A DNA stretch of 64,000 nt from Pholidichthys leucotaenia. Its lineage: Eukaryota. Shown piece by piece: positions 1 through 17,076 of the stretch (its first letter is position 1; each line of letters opens with the position of its first letter). The position numbers and the translations under genes were made by a program. The stretch is from contig CM035846.1 in assembly GCA_020510985.1 (NCBI GenBank), positions 202,907,081 to 202,971,080 of the forward strand. The letters are read 5' to 3'. The notes beneath the pieces were generated by a model. It was not told where the DNA came from, searched no databases, and saw only the letters and a list, made by a program, of their open reading frames with translations.

Positions 1-300
1 ATGCCACACTGATGGACTCCTACCCAAAAAGACTGAGTGCTGTAATAAAAGCCAGCGGTGCTGCAACAAAGTATTAGTTTAAAGGTGTGCACATTTATGC
101 AAACAGTTTATTGTAAGTTTTTTATTTTTTATTTTTCCCCTTAAAGACTTCAATTTGTTTTTCAGTTGGGTTGTACAGGTTATAGGTCACATTAATGGTG
201 GAAAAAGTTTTGAAATGATTTCTCTTGGTCTCATTTTTTTACATTACAAAAACCTGGCATTTGAACAGGGGTGTGTAGACTTTTTTTTTTATACCCACTG
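1..300 (+). mobile_element. 3' end of a Tc1-C family transposon (transposase C-terminus plus right ITR)
   Basis: About 90% identical to 53420-53716. Ends ...CCACTG|TA at 300-302. Confidence 0.8.
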
Positions 301-475
301 TATGCTAAGCATCAAATATGTGACTGTGGTGTTTGAAGACGAGATGCACAGAGAAGAGCTGTGACCATGGGACAGGATTTTGCTGCAGACACACATCGTG
401 TCATGCTGAGGTTCTGTGTTCATCAGATGCACTACAAATATTTTTGATTGTTTCTCTTCTCTATTTCTCATTCAG

Positions 476-547
476 CGTACAGCATCAGTTTTTGGTGGGA
501 TGTTCAGGAGATCTTCCAAGTCTTCAGAGCCATCTGCCCATGCACAG
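476..547 (+). CDS. Exon (phase 0-0) of APOL-like gene; encodes RTASVFGGMFRRSSKSSEPSAHAQ
   Basis: AG acceptor at 474-475, GT donor at 548. Length is a multiple of 3. GGMF-basic motif shared with downstream exons. Confidence 0.5.
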
Positions 548-784
548 GTAATCATTTAGTCTGACTCTGTAGATTTTACTTATTTTCAAGCTAATTTTTT
601 TTTTTTTCTGTAGAGATTAGCTCCTGAGTTTAAGGAAACTTGAGACCCATAAGATTTTTTTTTTTTTAGTAATATCAAGATGCCTTCAGTTGTTCACAGT
701 TTTCCCAGTCAATCAATGGTGTAAATCAACAAGCAATACTTAACAAAATAATACTATCTTACTATCAAATTATTGGAGGTTTTA

Positions 785-1130
785 ACTACTGGGGGTGGCA
801 CTGGCTCAAGAGGAAGAGCAGGTGGTCCAATAACAAGAGGGTTGGTGGTTTGAATCCCGCTCTCCCCAGCCATCCTGCTGTTGTATCCCTGGGCAAAACA
901 TTTAACCCATCTTGCCTCTAGTGTCCATGACACTGGGTATAAATGTGTTGGTAGTGTTCAGATTGGCAGCCACGTTTCCCTCAGTCTGCCTTAGGGCAGC
1001 TGTGACTACAGTAGTAGCTTACCACTACCATTGTCTGTCTGTGGAGTGAATGAATAATGGACTCGTAAAGCGCTTTGAGTAACTTGAGAGGTGCTATATA
1101 AATGCAATCCGTTATTTCATCCACCTCAAT
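785..1130 (+). mobile_element. tRNA-derived SINE with GCGCTTTGAG...GCTATATAAATG tail motif
   Basis: tRNA-like head (GGTTTGAATCCC). Tail motif is shared with 50640-50770. Confidence 0.5.
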
Positions 1131-1282
1131 AGCAATGGTAAATTATTGTCTATCATTAAAATGTGGGATATTTTTGAAGTTTCTCCTCTTGGCTGCTCAG
1201 TAAATATAAATATAAAATTTGATGTAACAACAGTGAGTTTGATCAGACTGTGTTTATATTAATTTTAATGTTGACATTGCAG

Positions 1283-1345
1283 GATGGTTTATCAGTCAAT
1301 GGAGACCTGTCAAAGAGTAATGACAGTTTGTCAGACAACAATAAG
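1283..1345 (+). CDS. Exon, acidic/Ser module DGLSVNGDLSKSNDSLSDNNK
   Basis: cag|GAT acceptor and AAG|gtgagc donor. 63 nt, phase 0. Confidence 0.6.
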
Positions 1346-1491
1346 GTGAGCATCATGTGTCACTGCTCATGGTTGGGTTTGATGATCCTTGATAAATATT
1401 TAGGATAAAGTACTATGATACAAAGGAGGGAAAATCAACAGGAAATCCAGTTTTTTCTAGCATTAACACTAATATTTTATTAATATTTCAG

Positions 1492-1560
1492 GACAAAGGG
1501 GGAATGTTAAAAGCGATGTTTAAGAAGGCGACAAAATCTGGCCAAGAGGAGCAGACACAG
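1492..1560 (+). CDS. Exon, basic module DKGGMLKAMFKKATKSGQEEQTQ
   Basis: tttcag acceptor and CAG|gtttgt donor. 69 nt, phase 0. Confidence 0.6.
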
Positions 1561-1965
1561 GTTTGTATGGATAAGAAATTTGATTTCATATTGCAATACA
1601 TTTTTTTTTCTTTAAAAATAGTTCCACCAGCCAACGGAATTGGCCCACAACAGCTGGTACCACTTTCTTTAATGTGAGGATTTTGACTGTAGATTGACTT
1701 TTGTGCTTAGTCTTATATGACTGATCACATTTCACAGAAAAAAAAAAATAATTAACTGGCTTCACCTAACCCAGTTTTAACAATTTCCACTAAAATGAGT
1801 TGTGTTATGTGCAAATTGTTTTGACTGGATTTTAATATTCTTTGTTCTTATATATCTCATAAAAACTGAATGTACTGTAAGTCAGCCAGACGATGACAGA
1901 ATTACCCATTATATGGCGGAGAAAATAAGTATTTCACATTTTATTTTTTTTTTTTGTTACTTATT

Positions 1966-2262
1966 TGTACCCGTAGGTAGATTTGGTTTGCAGTCTGGTG
2001 ACAAGCCACCGGCTGCCGGTCGCTGCGTGCGCGAGCGCCCTAAACCTACATGTTTTTGGTATGCGGGAGGAAACCGGAGAAATCCCGGAGTAAACCCACG
2101 CAACACGGGGAGAACATGCAAACTCCACACAGCTCACTGTTGGTCGGGGGTTGGGATCGAACCCACGATCTCATGATCCCCGCGATCCCCCGGCCGAGGG
2201 TAAAACTGTGCTGCCACAGTGCTAAACCACTGCGCCACCGTGCAGCCATGTCAATATTATTC
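1966..2262 (-). mobile_element. SINE-A copy (tRNA-like head; family at 13036, 16467, 50441)
   Basis: Reverse complement of GGCAGCACGGTGGCGCAGTGGTTAGCACTG...GAGTTTGCATGTTCTCCCCGTG. Confidence 0.7.
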
Positions 2263-2291
2263 TCATTAAACATATTTCTGATGTAGCCACT

Positions 2292-3548
2292 GACCTGAAA
2301 TTTTCACCAGATATCAGTACCAGCCCAAGTAATCCATACATATAAAGAAATCAAGGCAACTGTGTTCACAAAACAAGTTATATTTAATAAAGTGGAATGA
2401 TACAGGGAATAAGTATTGAACACATGAAGAAAAAGAGGTTCAAAAAGGCTTAGAAATCCAAGAAACCAGCTGAAATCCATCAGAATTTAGGAAGCCATTC
2501 CCCATCAATGCAAATTAATTTCAGCTGGTTAAGTCCTGATAGCCTTCAAAAAGGTCTGTGAATATCAGATTGTCACACCACAAAGACCTCATGATGGGTA
2601 GAAGCAAAGAGCTCTCTCTAGACCTTTGCAACCTTATTGTTACAAAACATAATGATGGCATTGGTTACAGCCACATTTCTAAACTGCTGAATGTTCCAAT
2701 GAGCACTGTTGAAGCCATCATTTGGAAGTGGAAAGAACATCATTTTACCATAAACCAACCATGACCAGGAGCTCCTCGCAAGATTTCTGACAGAAGAGTC
2801 AAAAGAATTATCAGAGGAGTTATCCAAGAGCCAAAGACTACTTGTGGAAAGCTCCACAAAGACCTGGAGTTAGCAGGTACTGCTGTTTCAAAGAAAATAA
2901 GTAATGCACTCAACTGACATGGGCTCTATGCCTGCTCACTTCACAGGGGAGAAATGGCACTGCACATCTCATCATGGTGTGGGGGTATTTTTCAGCACAT
3001 GGTACAGTCAGACTTCATATATCTGAAGGAAAGATGAATGGACAAAGGTGCAGAGACATCCTTGATAAGAACCTGTTGTCATCTGCCAAGATGCTGAAGA
3101 TGAAACAAGGGTGGACATTTCATCAAGACAATGATCCCAAACACACAGCCACTCCAGAGAAGGAAAATAAAGCTGCTAGAATGGCCCACTCAGTCACCTG
3201 ACCTGAATCCAATTGAAAATCTCTGGAACAAACTGAAGACCAGACTTCATAGAAGACACCTACGGAACCTTCAAGCTTTGAAGACAGTTTGTGTGGAATA
3301 ATGGGCTAAAATCACTCCTGAGCAATGCCTGCATCTAGCTTCTCCATACAGGAGGTGCCTGGAAACTGTTATTACCAACCAAGGCTTTTCTACTAAATAT
3401 TAAATGAATTTCACCAAGCGTGTTCAATACTTATTCCATGTGTCATTCCACTTTATTAAATATAACTTGTTTTGTGAAAACGATGTGCCTTGATTTCTTT
3501 GTATGGGTTACTTGGGTTGTTATTGATATCTGGTGAAAATCTCAGGTC
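2292..3548 (+). mobile_element. Internally deleted Tc1-like transposon (family D) with ~130-bp ITRs
   Basis: ITRs begin GACCTGAAATTTTCACCAGATATC. ORF 2558-2764 is a helix-turn-helix (HTH) fragment. ORF 2974-3201 carries a DDE-type catalytic (DDE) fragment with [10 protein letters not shown]. Confidence 0.8.
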
Positions 3549-3724
3549 AATGGCTCCATCAGAAAAGTGTTGAATGAGAAAAATGTTGACATGTTCAAGA
3601 CTTATTTTTCCCACTGTATACTGCATGTTGACTGCACATAACCCCAAAATTTCAGTCCTAAAGTAATTCAATAGCACAAACGTTAACTTTTTGAGCATTG
3701 GATGTCATATTTTTGTGTCAACAG

Positions 3725-3793
3725 GCCACCTTGTCATCACAAAATCCTGAATTATCTGTCAGCAGTGACAGCTTAACAGACAAGACATCAAAG
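3725..3793 (+). CDS. Exon, acidic/Ser module ATLSSQNPELSVSSDSLTDKTSK
   Basis: acag acceptor and AAG|gtgaat donor. 69 nt. Confidence 0.6.
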
Positions 3794-3891
3794 GTGAATT
3801 CACTTGTGTGCTCCATAATATTTGTGGTTTTACTACAAAGTGAGTAGTGTGAAGCTTTGAGTGTACATCCTTTCTGTACTTGTCTTTTCAG

Positions 3892-3963
3892 GATAAATCT
3901 GGCATGTTTAGTGGGATACTGAAACGATCTCCCAAACCAGGACACACCAGAAGGTCTTCACAG
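3892..3963 (+). CDS. Exon, basic module DKSGMFSGILKRSPKPGHTRRSSQ
   Basis: ttttcag acceptor and CAG|gtgaaa donor. 72 nt. Confidence 0.6.
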
Positions 3964-4089
3964 GTGAAATATAATCTTCTGAACATGTCTTCCAGTCAAT
4001 GAAAGAGTACCCCAGTGTCTGATAAATAATAGCCTCATTGTGAGTTATACTTTAGTAAGAGGTTGCTAGAAAATTTTTTTGTGCTTCAG

Positions 4090-4146
4090 GATCTTTTGGA
4101 AGTACCAGTTAGTAATGACAGCCTCTCTGAGAAGGCCAACACTAAG
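4090..4146 (+). CDS. Exon, acidic module DLLEVPVSNDSLSEKANTK
   Basis: cttcag acceptor and AAG|gtgagt donor. 57 nt. A Tc1 element begins about 30 bp after the donor. Confidence 0.6.
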
Positions 4147-4176
4147 GTGAGTTTTAACATGAAATCTTTTAAGATA

Positions 4177-5803
<1,627 letters not shown>

Positions 5804-5845
5804 GTGTGTCTCTCTATCTATCCATCTATCTATCGATCATCTATC

Positions 5846-7406
<1,561 letters not shown>

Positions 7407-7454
7407 CTGTGTGTCTCTCTATCTATCCATCTATCTATCTATCGATCATCTATC

Positions 7455-9015
<1,561 letters not shown>

Positions 9016-9289
9016 GTGTGCGTGTGTGTGTGTAATGTATAAAAAATAAATATTTTTTAGACAGTGCAATTTCAGTTAGAATGTAGATGGGAGAGACAGC
9101 AAAGACGCCATCCAGTATTCCAGTAAATAGACAAGTTAACAATCAGTTAACATAACCCCAGTTTATTGCCACTATTTTTTGATGGAAGCTTAACACTCAT
9201 GTTCTGACCCTTGGTCCATTGGAAAAAAAACTGAACATCTACCGACTAAGCCCTGTGGACCCAGTTCACCAGTCACCAAACTCATAAAG

Positions 9290-9420
9290 CACATATCGTG
9301 ATGGAGACAGGAGAATTGGATGAGTTAAGATAAGCCTTTATTAGTCCCACAACGGGGAAATTCCAGGATTGCAACAGCACAGGGATAGCAACACTCAGAG
9401 CAACAATCAGAAGGCAAGAA

Positions 9421-9451
<31 letters not shown>

Positions 9452-9600
9452 CAAGAGCAGCTAATATACATATGTACATATTACTATAAAATATATATAT
9501 ACACACACACAGACACACAGTGCAGAGCATTGTAGCCGGATGGAATAAATATATGAATATATGAACACACAGTGCAGAGCATTGTAGCTAGATGGAAAAC
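9290..9600 (-). repeat. Copy of unclassified repeat R (partner at 46920-47470) with poly-A and (CA)n
   Basis: Reverse complement of GATAAGCCTTTATTAGTCCCACAACGGGGAAATTCCAGGATTGCAACAGCACAGGGATAGCAACACTCAGAGCAACAATCAG and the ACAATGCTCTGCACTGTGTG units. Confidence 0.6.
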
Positions 9601-10386
9601 TCTAGTTGAAGAGTTTCTTGCTGTTGGAACTGATCACTGTGTAAATCTGGGTTGTCTGATCTCATCTTAGTGTCAGTAAGATTTTGAACTTGTAAATTAA
9701 TGTTCACAAATGATTCCAAAGGTAATCTGAAATTGTTGCTTTGAATTGAATGGATTGATATTGTTTATCATTTATTTTCTCGAATTTATTCAGATTGTGT
9801 TATTAATTTGTGAAATTTTGTACATTTTTTAAACATTAAAAAATTGTCAAGGCTAACATAGTCTGACTGGCACTCCAGGTTGTTGTATCATTACAGGGGG
9901 ACTGCTTGTTGAAGTTTTTTTTTTTTTTTTTTTAATCTCATTAAGGTTTACAGTATTTAGAACCCACTTTATAAAAAAGTGTGATTAAGGTGTAATTATA
10001 AATTAACTAGGGGCAAAATGTGATTAACCATGATTTGAATGTTTTGACTGATAATACTTTTATTACACATTGATTCTAAATATTTTTGCTTTTTATGTTT
10101 TAAAACCTACGGAACTGTAACTGTACTGAACTCGGCTGTGTGGCTGGAAAGCTTTTGTTTTCTGTGTTTGGTTGGAAGAGCAGAAACCTGCATGTATCAG
10201 CTGTTTGGAAGAGCTGCTGGCAAATGTGTAAAGTGACGCATCTCTGCTTGTTTATCTGACATGCTACTGCACCAGTTTATGACAAAGGAACTTGTTTTTT
10301 TAACCTATAAATGTAACATTTTAAAGGAAGGATTTCAGTTATTTGTGGATACAGAATCATTTTTTTGAGGCTTTTTTACATTCCAG

Positions 10387-10446
10387 GAGTCGGGAGGGAT
10401 TCTGAGCGGGATGTTTAAAAAGTCTCCAAAGAGGACAAAGTCTCAG
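10387..10446 (+). CDS. Exon, basic module ESGGILSGMFKKSPKRTKSQ
   Basis: ttccag acceptor and CAG|gtattt donor. 60 nt. Confidence 0.65.
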
Positions 10447-10536
10447 GTATTTTTTTTTTTTTAGATCAAAGTTGTATTTTTTCTTGTATTGAAAAAAAAT
10501 ACTAATATATTAAAGTACATTGTTTCTCACTTTCAG

Positions 10537-10605
10537 GATGATTTGTCTGAACCCAGTGAGGTTTCAGGCAGCAGCGACAATCTTTCTGTGAATAGTCACA
10601 CTAAG
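10537..10605 (+). CDS. Exon, acidic/Ser module DDLSEPSEVSGSSDNLSVNSHTK
   Basis: tttcag acceptor and AAG|gtgagg donor. 69 nt. Confidence 0.65.
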
Positions 10606-10772
10606 GTGAGGTCACAAAGTCATGTGACATTTAAAAAAAAAAAAAGGTAGTTGTCAATAGAAACATATGTCTTGATGATTTGGGTGATGGTACAGCATGT
10701 TATACAAACAAAAGGATAGTGTTGCACAATCAGTAAAATGTTTAAAGGCCTTAGTTTTAAAATGTTCTTCAG

Positions 10773-10835
10773 GAAACTGGCGGGATGTTCAGTGGTATCT
10801 TTAAAAAGCCACTTGGATCTCAAACACATTCTCAG
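10773..10835 (+). CDS. Exon, basic module ETGGMFSGIFKKPLGSQTHSQ
   Basis: ttcag acceptor and CAG|gtaata donor. 63 nt. Confidence 0.65.
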
Positions 10836-10923
10836 GTAATAGTTTCTAAAATGTTGAGCTGTTGTAGCAAACTATTTGCATGGGGATGATATAAATCCCC
10901 AGACATTTGTTTGTCACCTTCAG

Positions 10924-10989
10924 GAGGACTTACTTGCACCCACCGAGCTCTCTGGCAGCAGTGACAGTCTCTCTGAAAATCACCCAAAG
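10924..10989 (+). CDS. Exon, acidic/Ser module EDLLAPTELSGSSDSLSENHPK
   Basis: cttcag acceptor and AAG|gtgagc donor. 66 nt. Confidence 0.65.
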
Positions 10990-11070
10990 GTGAGCCTTCC
11001 ATCTCTGTCCTTGGCTGATAGAACAACAATAATATTAAAAAATAAATCTGACTGTATTTTCTTTCTTTAG

Positions 11071-11124
11071 GAGAAAGGGGGAATGTTTAGTGGCATGTTC
11101 AGAAAAAAGGGTGCCAAGTCTCAG
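11071..11124 (+). CDS. Exon, basic module EKGGMFSGMFRKKGAKSQ
   Basis: tttag acceptor and CAG|gtaaga donor. 54 nt. Confidence 0.65.
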
Positions 11125-11344
11125 GTAAGATGTGGATGAAGTCAATAATGGTCACTTGACAAAGACTGAAAAGTGAGAGGTGTACGACCCGAGTGACGCA
11201 CTACAATACAAGATTAATAAGTCAGAGATGTATGCGGAGCCTGAAATAGAAGGTTTAAAGTCACAGATAAAAACAGTGTTTTTATCCCTTGCTGGTTGAA
11301 GACCGAAGGGAGATGATGTTATGGGGCTGTCTGTCCGTCCAACT

Positions 11345-11640
11345 TTTGTGAAATCAACTCCTCCTACGGTTTGTTCCGATTGTTTTGAAACTTGGTATCA
11401 GGGTTTGATATACACTGATGATTTGCATATTGCAATTGGCTCCGATTGGATGATTTTTGCGGGAGTTATAGCCCCTGACTTATGTCATATTTCAACTCAG
11501 TTAAAAGACAGTAACTGTCTTGTGAAATCAACTCCTCTTACAGTTTTGTTTCAAATGTTTTGAAACTTGGTACCAAGGTCTGATATACACCGATGATGCA
11601 CATATTGCTATTTGACTCTGATCGGATGACCTTGAGACCA
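11345..11640. repeat. Tandem repeat, unit ~190 bp, ~1.5 copies
   Basis: GTGAAATCAACTCCTC...TTTGAAACTTGGTA...GATATACAC...GCATATTGC occurs twice. Confidence 0.5.
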
Positions 11641-12240
11641 AGGTCAGAGCTCATTTCAGATGCTTGTATCTTCAATCTCATTCTTTTGGTTATTGCCCAA
11701 AGTTCATGACCATAGGTGAGGGTAGGAACATAGATTGACCAGTAAATCGACAGCTTTGCTTTAGAGCTCAGCTCCCTCTTCACCACAACAGACCGGTACA
11801 ACATCTGCATCACTGCAGATGCTGCTCTGATCCATCTGTCAATCTTCTGCTACAGAGGGTTGCTGGACTGACCCTTGAGATGGGGTGAGGAGCTCAGTTA
11901 TCCGGGTGAGAGTCAGAGAAGAGCTGTTGCTAATCCATATTGAAAGGAGCCAGTTGAGGTTGTTTGGGCATCTGATCAAGATGACTCCTGGAAGGCTCCC
12001 ACGTGAGGTGCTTTGGGCATGTCCCATTGGGAGGACACTCTGGGGCAGACCCAGGACACACTGGAGAGACTGTCTCCCAGCTGGCCTGGGAACACCTTGG
12101 TATCCTCCCTGAAAAGTTGGAGGAGGTGGCTGGGGAGAGGGAAGTGTGGGCTTCTGTACATGGACTGTAACCCCCGTGACCCTGGACCCCTGGAAAAGTG
12201 CTAGAAGATGAATGAATGGCTGATTAGAATGGAACCCTGA
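11640..12240. mobile_element. LINE 3' fragments (L2/Rex-like), two pieces in opposite orientation
   Basis: ORFs translate to SIYVPTLTYGHELWAITKRMRLKIQASEMS (minus) and IERSQLRLFGHLIKMTPGRLPREV...EEVAGEREVWAS (plus). These are typical teleost LINE ORF2 C-termini. Confidence 0.6.
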
Positions 12241-13035
12241 AATTCAGAAGCCTTTGCCTCATCTAAATATAAATAAAGCATAAAGGTTAAGTAAAAATTT
12301 GGTTCCCTAGTCCAGTAGCATCAAGGCCAGGTCACCATCAGTCTATATCCCCTTCATCTGGCTCTCACCAACTAGTGTAAGCTGATCTAATACTCACCCT
12401 TGTCCAGGCTCTTTCTCAGTCACTCTCTCACTTTCTCTTCTTTTATTTCTAAGACAAGATTCTCTTTGATTTCTCTGCTGGCTCTGCCTCTGATATCCAT
12501 TTTGAAAATACCAAGCTAGATGGCTTTATATTACAGTTAGTGGCCTATTAATGCCATGCCCTATGATTGGCTGTTGGGACACAGGGCATAAAATGTGCCA
12601 CTTGTTATCTTGTCAATGTTCCTACCAGAACAGGAAAGCTACTTGGCGCTGATGCAGGTGATGCCTACCCACTCAGGCTACAGTGGAAGTAACATTTTCC
12701 AGTCTAAAGGTTAATATATCATTAAAAGGGTTTTGGAAACAATATTTTAAGGTGAAAATCTTAAATGTGTTTAATAATGTATGTTAACAGCATAACTCAA
12801 AATGTTAACGGATTTTTATAGAATTTTCCGACGAGACCGATAATGGAGAGATGATCAACTGAATAGATTTTGAAGATTATGTATGTTTAGATGTTTGTAT
12901 CAACATTTTAACTCTAAAAGTTATTTATGGATTTTGATTAAATTATCAGGAGTGGCTGGAAATGGACAAACATTCAAGTGATAACATTTTAGGGGTAGTA
13001 TGCAGTAGTTATTATATATATGAGCTCGATGGAAC

Positions 13036-13345
13036 AGTGTTCAGCACTGTGGCAGCACAGTAAGAAGGTCATGGGTTCAATCCCACCCCCTGACCATCGG
13101 TAACCCTTCTGTGTGGAGTTTGCATGTTCTCCCCATGTCTGTGTGGGTTTACCCTGGGTACTCCGGTTTCCTCCCACAGGCCATAAACATGTGCATTAGG
13201 TTAATTGGAGACTCTAAAGTGGCCCTAGGTGTGAATGGTGAAGGGATTTGCGTTGCACCGTGGCTGCCTCATCCATCCAGGTGGATGCCCTGTAATTTCC
13301 CCATTGTGGGACAAATAAAGGATTATAATATAAAAAAAAAAAAAA
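13036..13345 (+). mobile_element. SINE-A copy with A-rich/(CA)n tail
   Basis: tRNA-like head GCACTGTGGCAGCAC...GGGTTCAATCCC. Conserved core GAGTTTGCATGTTCTCCCCATGTCTGTGTGGGTTTACCC. Confidence 0.7.
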
Positions 13346-13364
13346 CACACACACACACACACCT

Positions 13365-13500
13365 CTCTCACAAAAAGTTAGGGATATTTGGCTTTTGGGT
13401 GAAATTTATGGAAAAAGGAAAAAGTTCACGCCACAGTGATATTATATCATGAAAGTAGGGCATTTAAGTAGAAGCATGCAATGGTGGTTTCCTTGTCTCA
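13365..13500 (+). mobile_element. Solo terminal fragment of Tc1-B family (CTCACAAAAAGTTAGGGATATTTGGC)
   Basis: First ~135 bp match the termini at 15193 and 29881, then diverge. Confidence 0.6.
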
Positions 13501-15192
13501 AACTATCTATAAATGCACCATATCTCTCTGTTTGTTTCACACATATCTCTTGAACCGTTCGTCAGACTCACCTAAGATTTTATGTGTTTTGCTGATGTTA
13601 CGAGGGTGTGCATCCCCGAATATGGAGTTGCTCAGTCAAAATATGTAATTTTTATCAATAAAAGTTTAGCCACCACTCTGTTACCACTCTGTGTCTCTTC
13701 ATGTCCTGGCTTCAAGAAGTGTGGGTGGGGTTTCGAATTGACTCCGTGTGGATTGGATAATACACGACACCACGACCTGTCAGTCACCACAGTGTTCCCT
13801 GGATAAAACAAGGAAGTGAAAAATTACAAATCTGACTAGAAAAACATAATACTGAAGATTTAATGCTTAAAAAAAATTATACCATAAAGTTGCCATGATT
13901 GTGTAGGTCTAAAGGATAATTCGGCATATGAAGAACACGAAGTGCGCAAGCAGACTGGGCGAAGCGTCCGTGGGGACCAGGTCTGACAAATCAACACAGA
14001 ACATGCCGAGAGAAGCAGCGGCCAGACACGACCTGGCTCAAAGGCACACTAACTGATGGCAATTAATAATAATTAAAAAAGAAGTTATTTTCAGTAAAGT
14101 GGGAAAAAAAAGATAATGCATAGAGTGTGCTTTTGCCCTGAGGCTGATTTATCATGGAAAACAGCTGAGCTCTGTGGTTTGAGCAATCAGCTGACTGGAT
14201 CCACCTCCTCCAGTGTTCTGACATTTTGGTATATCTATCAGAACAGCACTGGACAGCTGATGGTACAGACTGCAAAGGTTTAAAAAAAAATGGGGGGGGG
14301 GAAGGCCCTCCAACCTTTGCTCCACGAATGCAGGACGTATCAACCATGTGCTGGATATGTCGGAAAATTTTCAGCATGGGGCACATATTTTTTTCCAGTT
14401 TATAAAATTTTTCACCGGGTCTGAGGTGTGTGCGAAAAAACCTGCGTTTTGGTTAATGTTTAGAGGGTCAAAAATGCAATCATTTAGGCATAATAATAAT
14501 AATAAATAATCTTCTCACATCAATAAAAAACAAACTCTTACAATAGAGCTGCACGCTCACATGGTTAGTCTTTGCCAATCACGCCCTCAAGGTTCAGATC
14601 ATTTGGCCTCCGTATCGCCCCAGCACAACAATATAAGCACCACCTCAATCAGCATTAAAGTTTTAAAAAAACCTTTTAATAACAAAATATTGCTAAAATA
14701 TAAACTGATGCAGTACAATGGGTCTCAAATATTTGTAAACGTGTCCTGTTATAGTACTGCATAACTTTATTGACAAAGAAATTCAATATTACACTGAACT
14801 CTATCACTGAACAGTGATATAAACTAAAATGATTATAATGGTGACTGAACAACTATTATCTTGAATATAAGTGATAAAAGATCACACAAATAAGTGATCT
14901 GACAAACAAAAACAAGGGATCTGAAACAGTCGCTAATACTGGATGTCCAATTCATGTTCAATATTTAGGTATTCTGTAATTAATATTCACACAATCAAAT
15001 AAATCTTAGTGCCATTTACTCCCTTTTATATTTGTCAAAGTCTAACATGCGATTGCCTACATATAGCCTACACCTCTTTGTACTCCACTTTCAAACACAG
15101 CCTACATTTGGGCCTGGAAAGCCTGATTGGGATACCTGTTTCAGACAGGAAAACTTGCATTCTATGGGCAATGTGTGTGTGTGTGTCCCTAA

Positions 15193-17076
15193 CTCACAAA
15201 AAGTTAGGGATATTTGGCTTTCAGGTCAAATTTATGGAAAATGAAAAAGGTTCACGCTACAGTGATATTATATCATGAAAGTAGGGCATTTAAGTAAATG
15301 CGTGCAATGGTGATTTCCTCATCTCAAGCAATTTATTGAAACAAAAGCCAACAACAGTGGTGGGTATACCACAACAAAAATGTCAATGTCTTAATAACTT
15401 GTCATGTGCCCTTGAGCATCAATTACAGCTTGACAACCAAGTCTCATGCTGTTCACAAGTTGACTTATTGTCTGCTGAGGCATGGCATTCCACTCTTCTT
15501 GAAGGGCGGCCCTCAGGTCATTGAAGTTGTGGGGTGCAGGGTTATGAGCCTCTACACAGCAACTCAGCTGATCCCATAGGTTTTCTATGGGATTCAGTTC
15601 TAGAGAAAGTGCAGACCACTCCATTTGAGGCGCCTTAGCCTCCAGCAGCCATTCCCTAATGATGCAGCCTTGATGAGCTAGAGCATTATTGTCCATGGAG
15701 ATGAAATTAGGCCTGTGTTATTCATTCAGGGGCTCAATGAATGGATGAATGATGTTATTCAGGTAGTATCAGCTTGTCATTGTACCATTCACCAGGTGTA
15801 GGGCAGTTCTGTATTGACTAGACACACCTGCCCAGACTGTAACATTGACAACAGTGGCTGATGCATAACCCTCTCCTTGATGTCTCCAACATTGTTGGTG
15901 GCCATCATTTCTGCTCAGTATGAACTGACTTTCATCAGAGAACAGTGCTGAGACCCACTGGTCCCTTATCCAGTGTAAATGCTCCCTGGTCCATGCAAAT
16001 GATGATGCCTGTGCCTGGTGGTGTGGTCAGGTACCCTTGCAGGTCGTCTAGCACGCAGACCACACTGATGTAAACAGTTTTGAATGGTCTGACTTGACAC
16101 TTGGGTGCCTCTCACCTCCCTTAAATGTGCCTGGAGTTGAGTAGCATTCATCATCTTGTTCTGCAGGGCACTCTTCACAATGAAGCGGTCATCAGCGTAG
16201 GATGTGGCCAAAGAACATCCACTTCTATGCCTTTCTGTGACTCATCCAGTCGTTCTGTATCTCTGTTGCAACTGGCTGACACTCTGTGACAATCTAAGCT
16301 CAGTGGCCACTTCCCTCTGAGAACATCCTGCTTGAAGCCTTGCAATGGTGAGGTGTCATCTTGGTCTCATGATGTCAAAATATGAACAGCATGATGAAGA
16401 GAACTGTTTAAATACCAGTTCTAATTGAACCAGAAAATTTATTGGTCGATTCATGGATCAAACACATGGGGTGGCGTGGTGGCGGAGTGGTTAGCACTGT
16501 GGCAGCACAGCAACTCACCCTTGACTGGGGGATCCTGGGTTCGATCCCAGCCCCCGACCAACGGTGATCTGTGTGGAGTTTGCATGCTCTCCCCATGTCT
16601 GCGTGGGTTTACTCCGGGATTTCTCCGGTTTCCTCCCACATGCCAAAAACATGCAAGTTAGGTAAATTGGCGTCAAACTGGGGATTCTAAATTGTCCTTA
16701 GGTATGACTGTGAAAGTGAATGGTTGTCTGTCTCTCTGTGTTGGCCCTGCGATGGACTGGTGATCTGTCCAGGGTGGACCCTGCCTCTCGCCCAAAGATG
16801 CTGGGATAGGCTCCAGCCCCCCCGTGACCCAAAAAGGATTAAGCGGAAGAAGATGAATGAGTGGATCAAACACCTGTTGTGAATTTTGCCGTTCAGCACC
16901 TTGTTAGAGAACAGCAGGTTATGCAGAAAGTACTGAAATATTGAACAGTTGGACATGTGCATTCAAAAGATTGGAGAAGGTCAAATTAAGTTCACCTGGA
17001 AAGGTTATAGTAAATATTAGGTGCATCCTGAAATTTCACCCGAAAGTCAAATACAGTATGCCTAACTTTTTGTGAG
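15193..17076 (-). mobile_element. Tc1-B transposon copy with nested SINE-A (16467-16864)
   Basis: Inverted termini CTCACAAAAAGTTAGGG...CCTAACTTTTTGTGAG. Minus-strand ORFs carry [13 protein letters not shown] (DDE) and an HTH motif. The nested SINE has a ~9-bp TSD, ATCAAACAC. Confidence 0.75.
16467..16864 (+). mobile_element. SINE-A full copy inserted inside Tc1-B
   Basis: GGGGTGGCGTGGTGGCGGAGTGGTTAGCACTG head. ...CTCCAGCCCCCCCGTGACCC...AAGCGGAAGAAGATGAATGAGTGG tail. Flanking direct repeat ATCAAACAC. Confidence 0.75.

Noticed and set aside
300-470. Possible short exon CAG|ACACACATCGTGTCATGCTGAG|GT
   Set aside because: 22 nt, not a multiple of 3, unlike all neighbouring cassette exons. No motif similarity. 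Probably a chance AG/GT pair.
13500-14500. Unclassified AT-rich region with poly-G run (14293-14301) and ORF 14063-14386
   Set aside because: No coding periodicity, splice-flanked exon or recognisable TE hallmarks could be established from sequence alone. Left unannotated.
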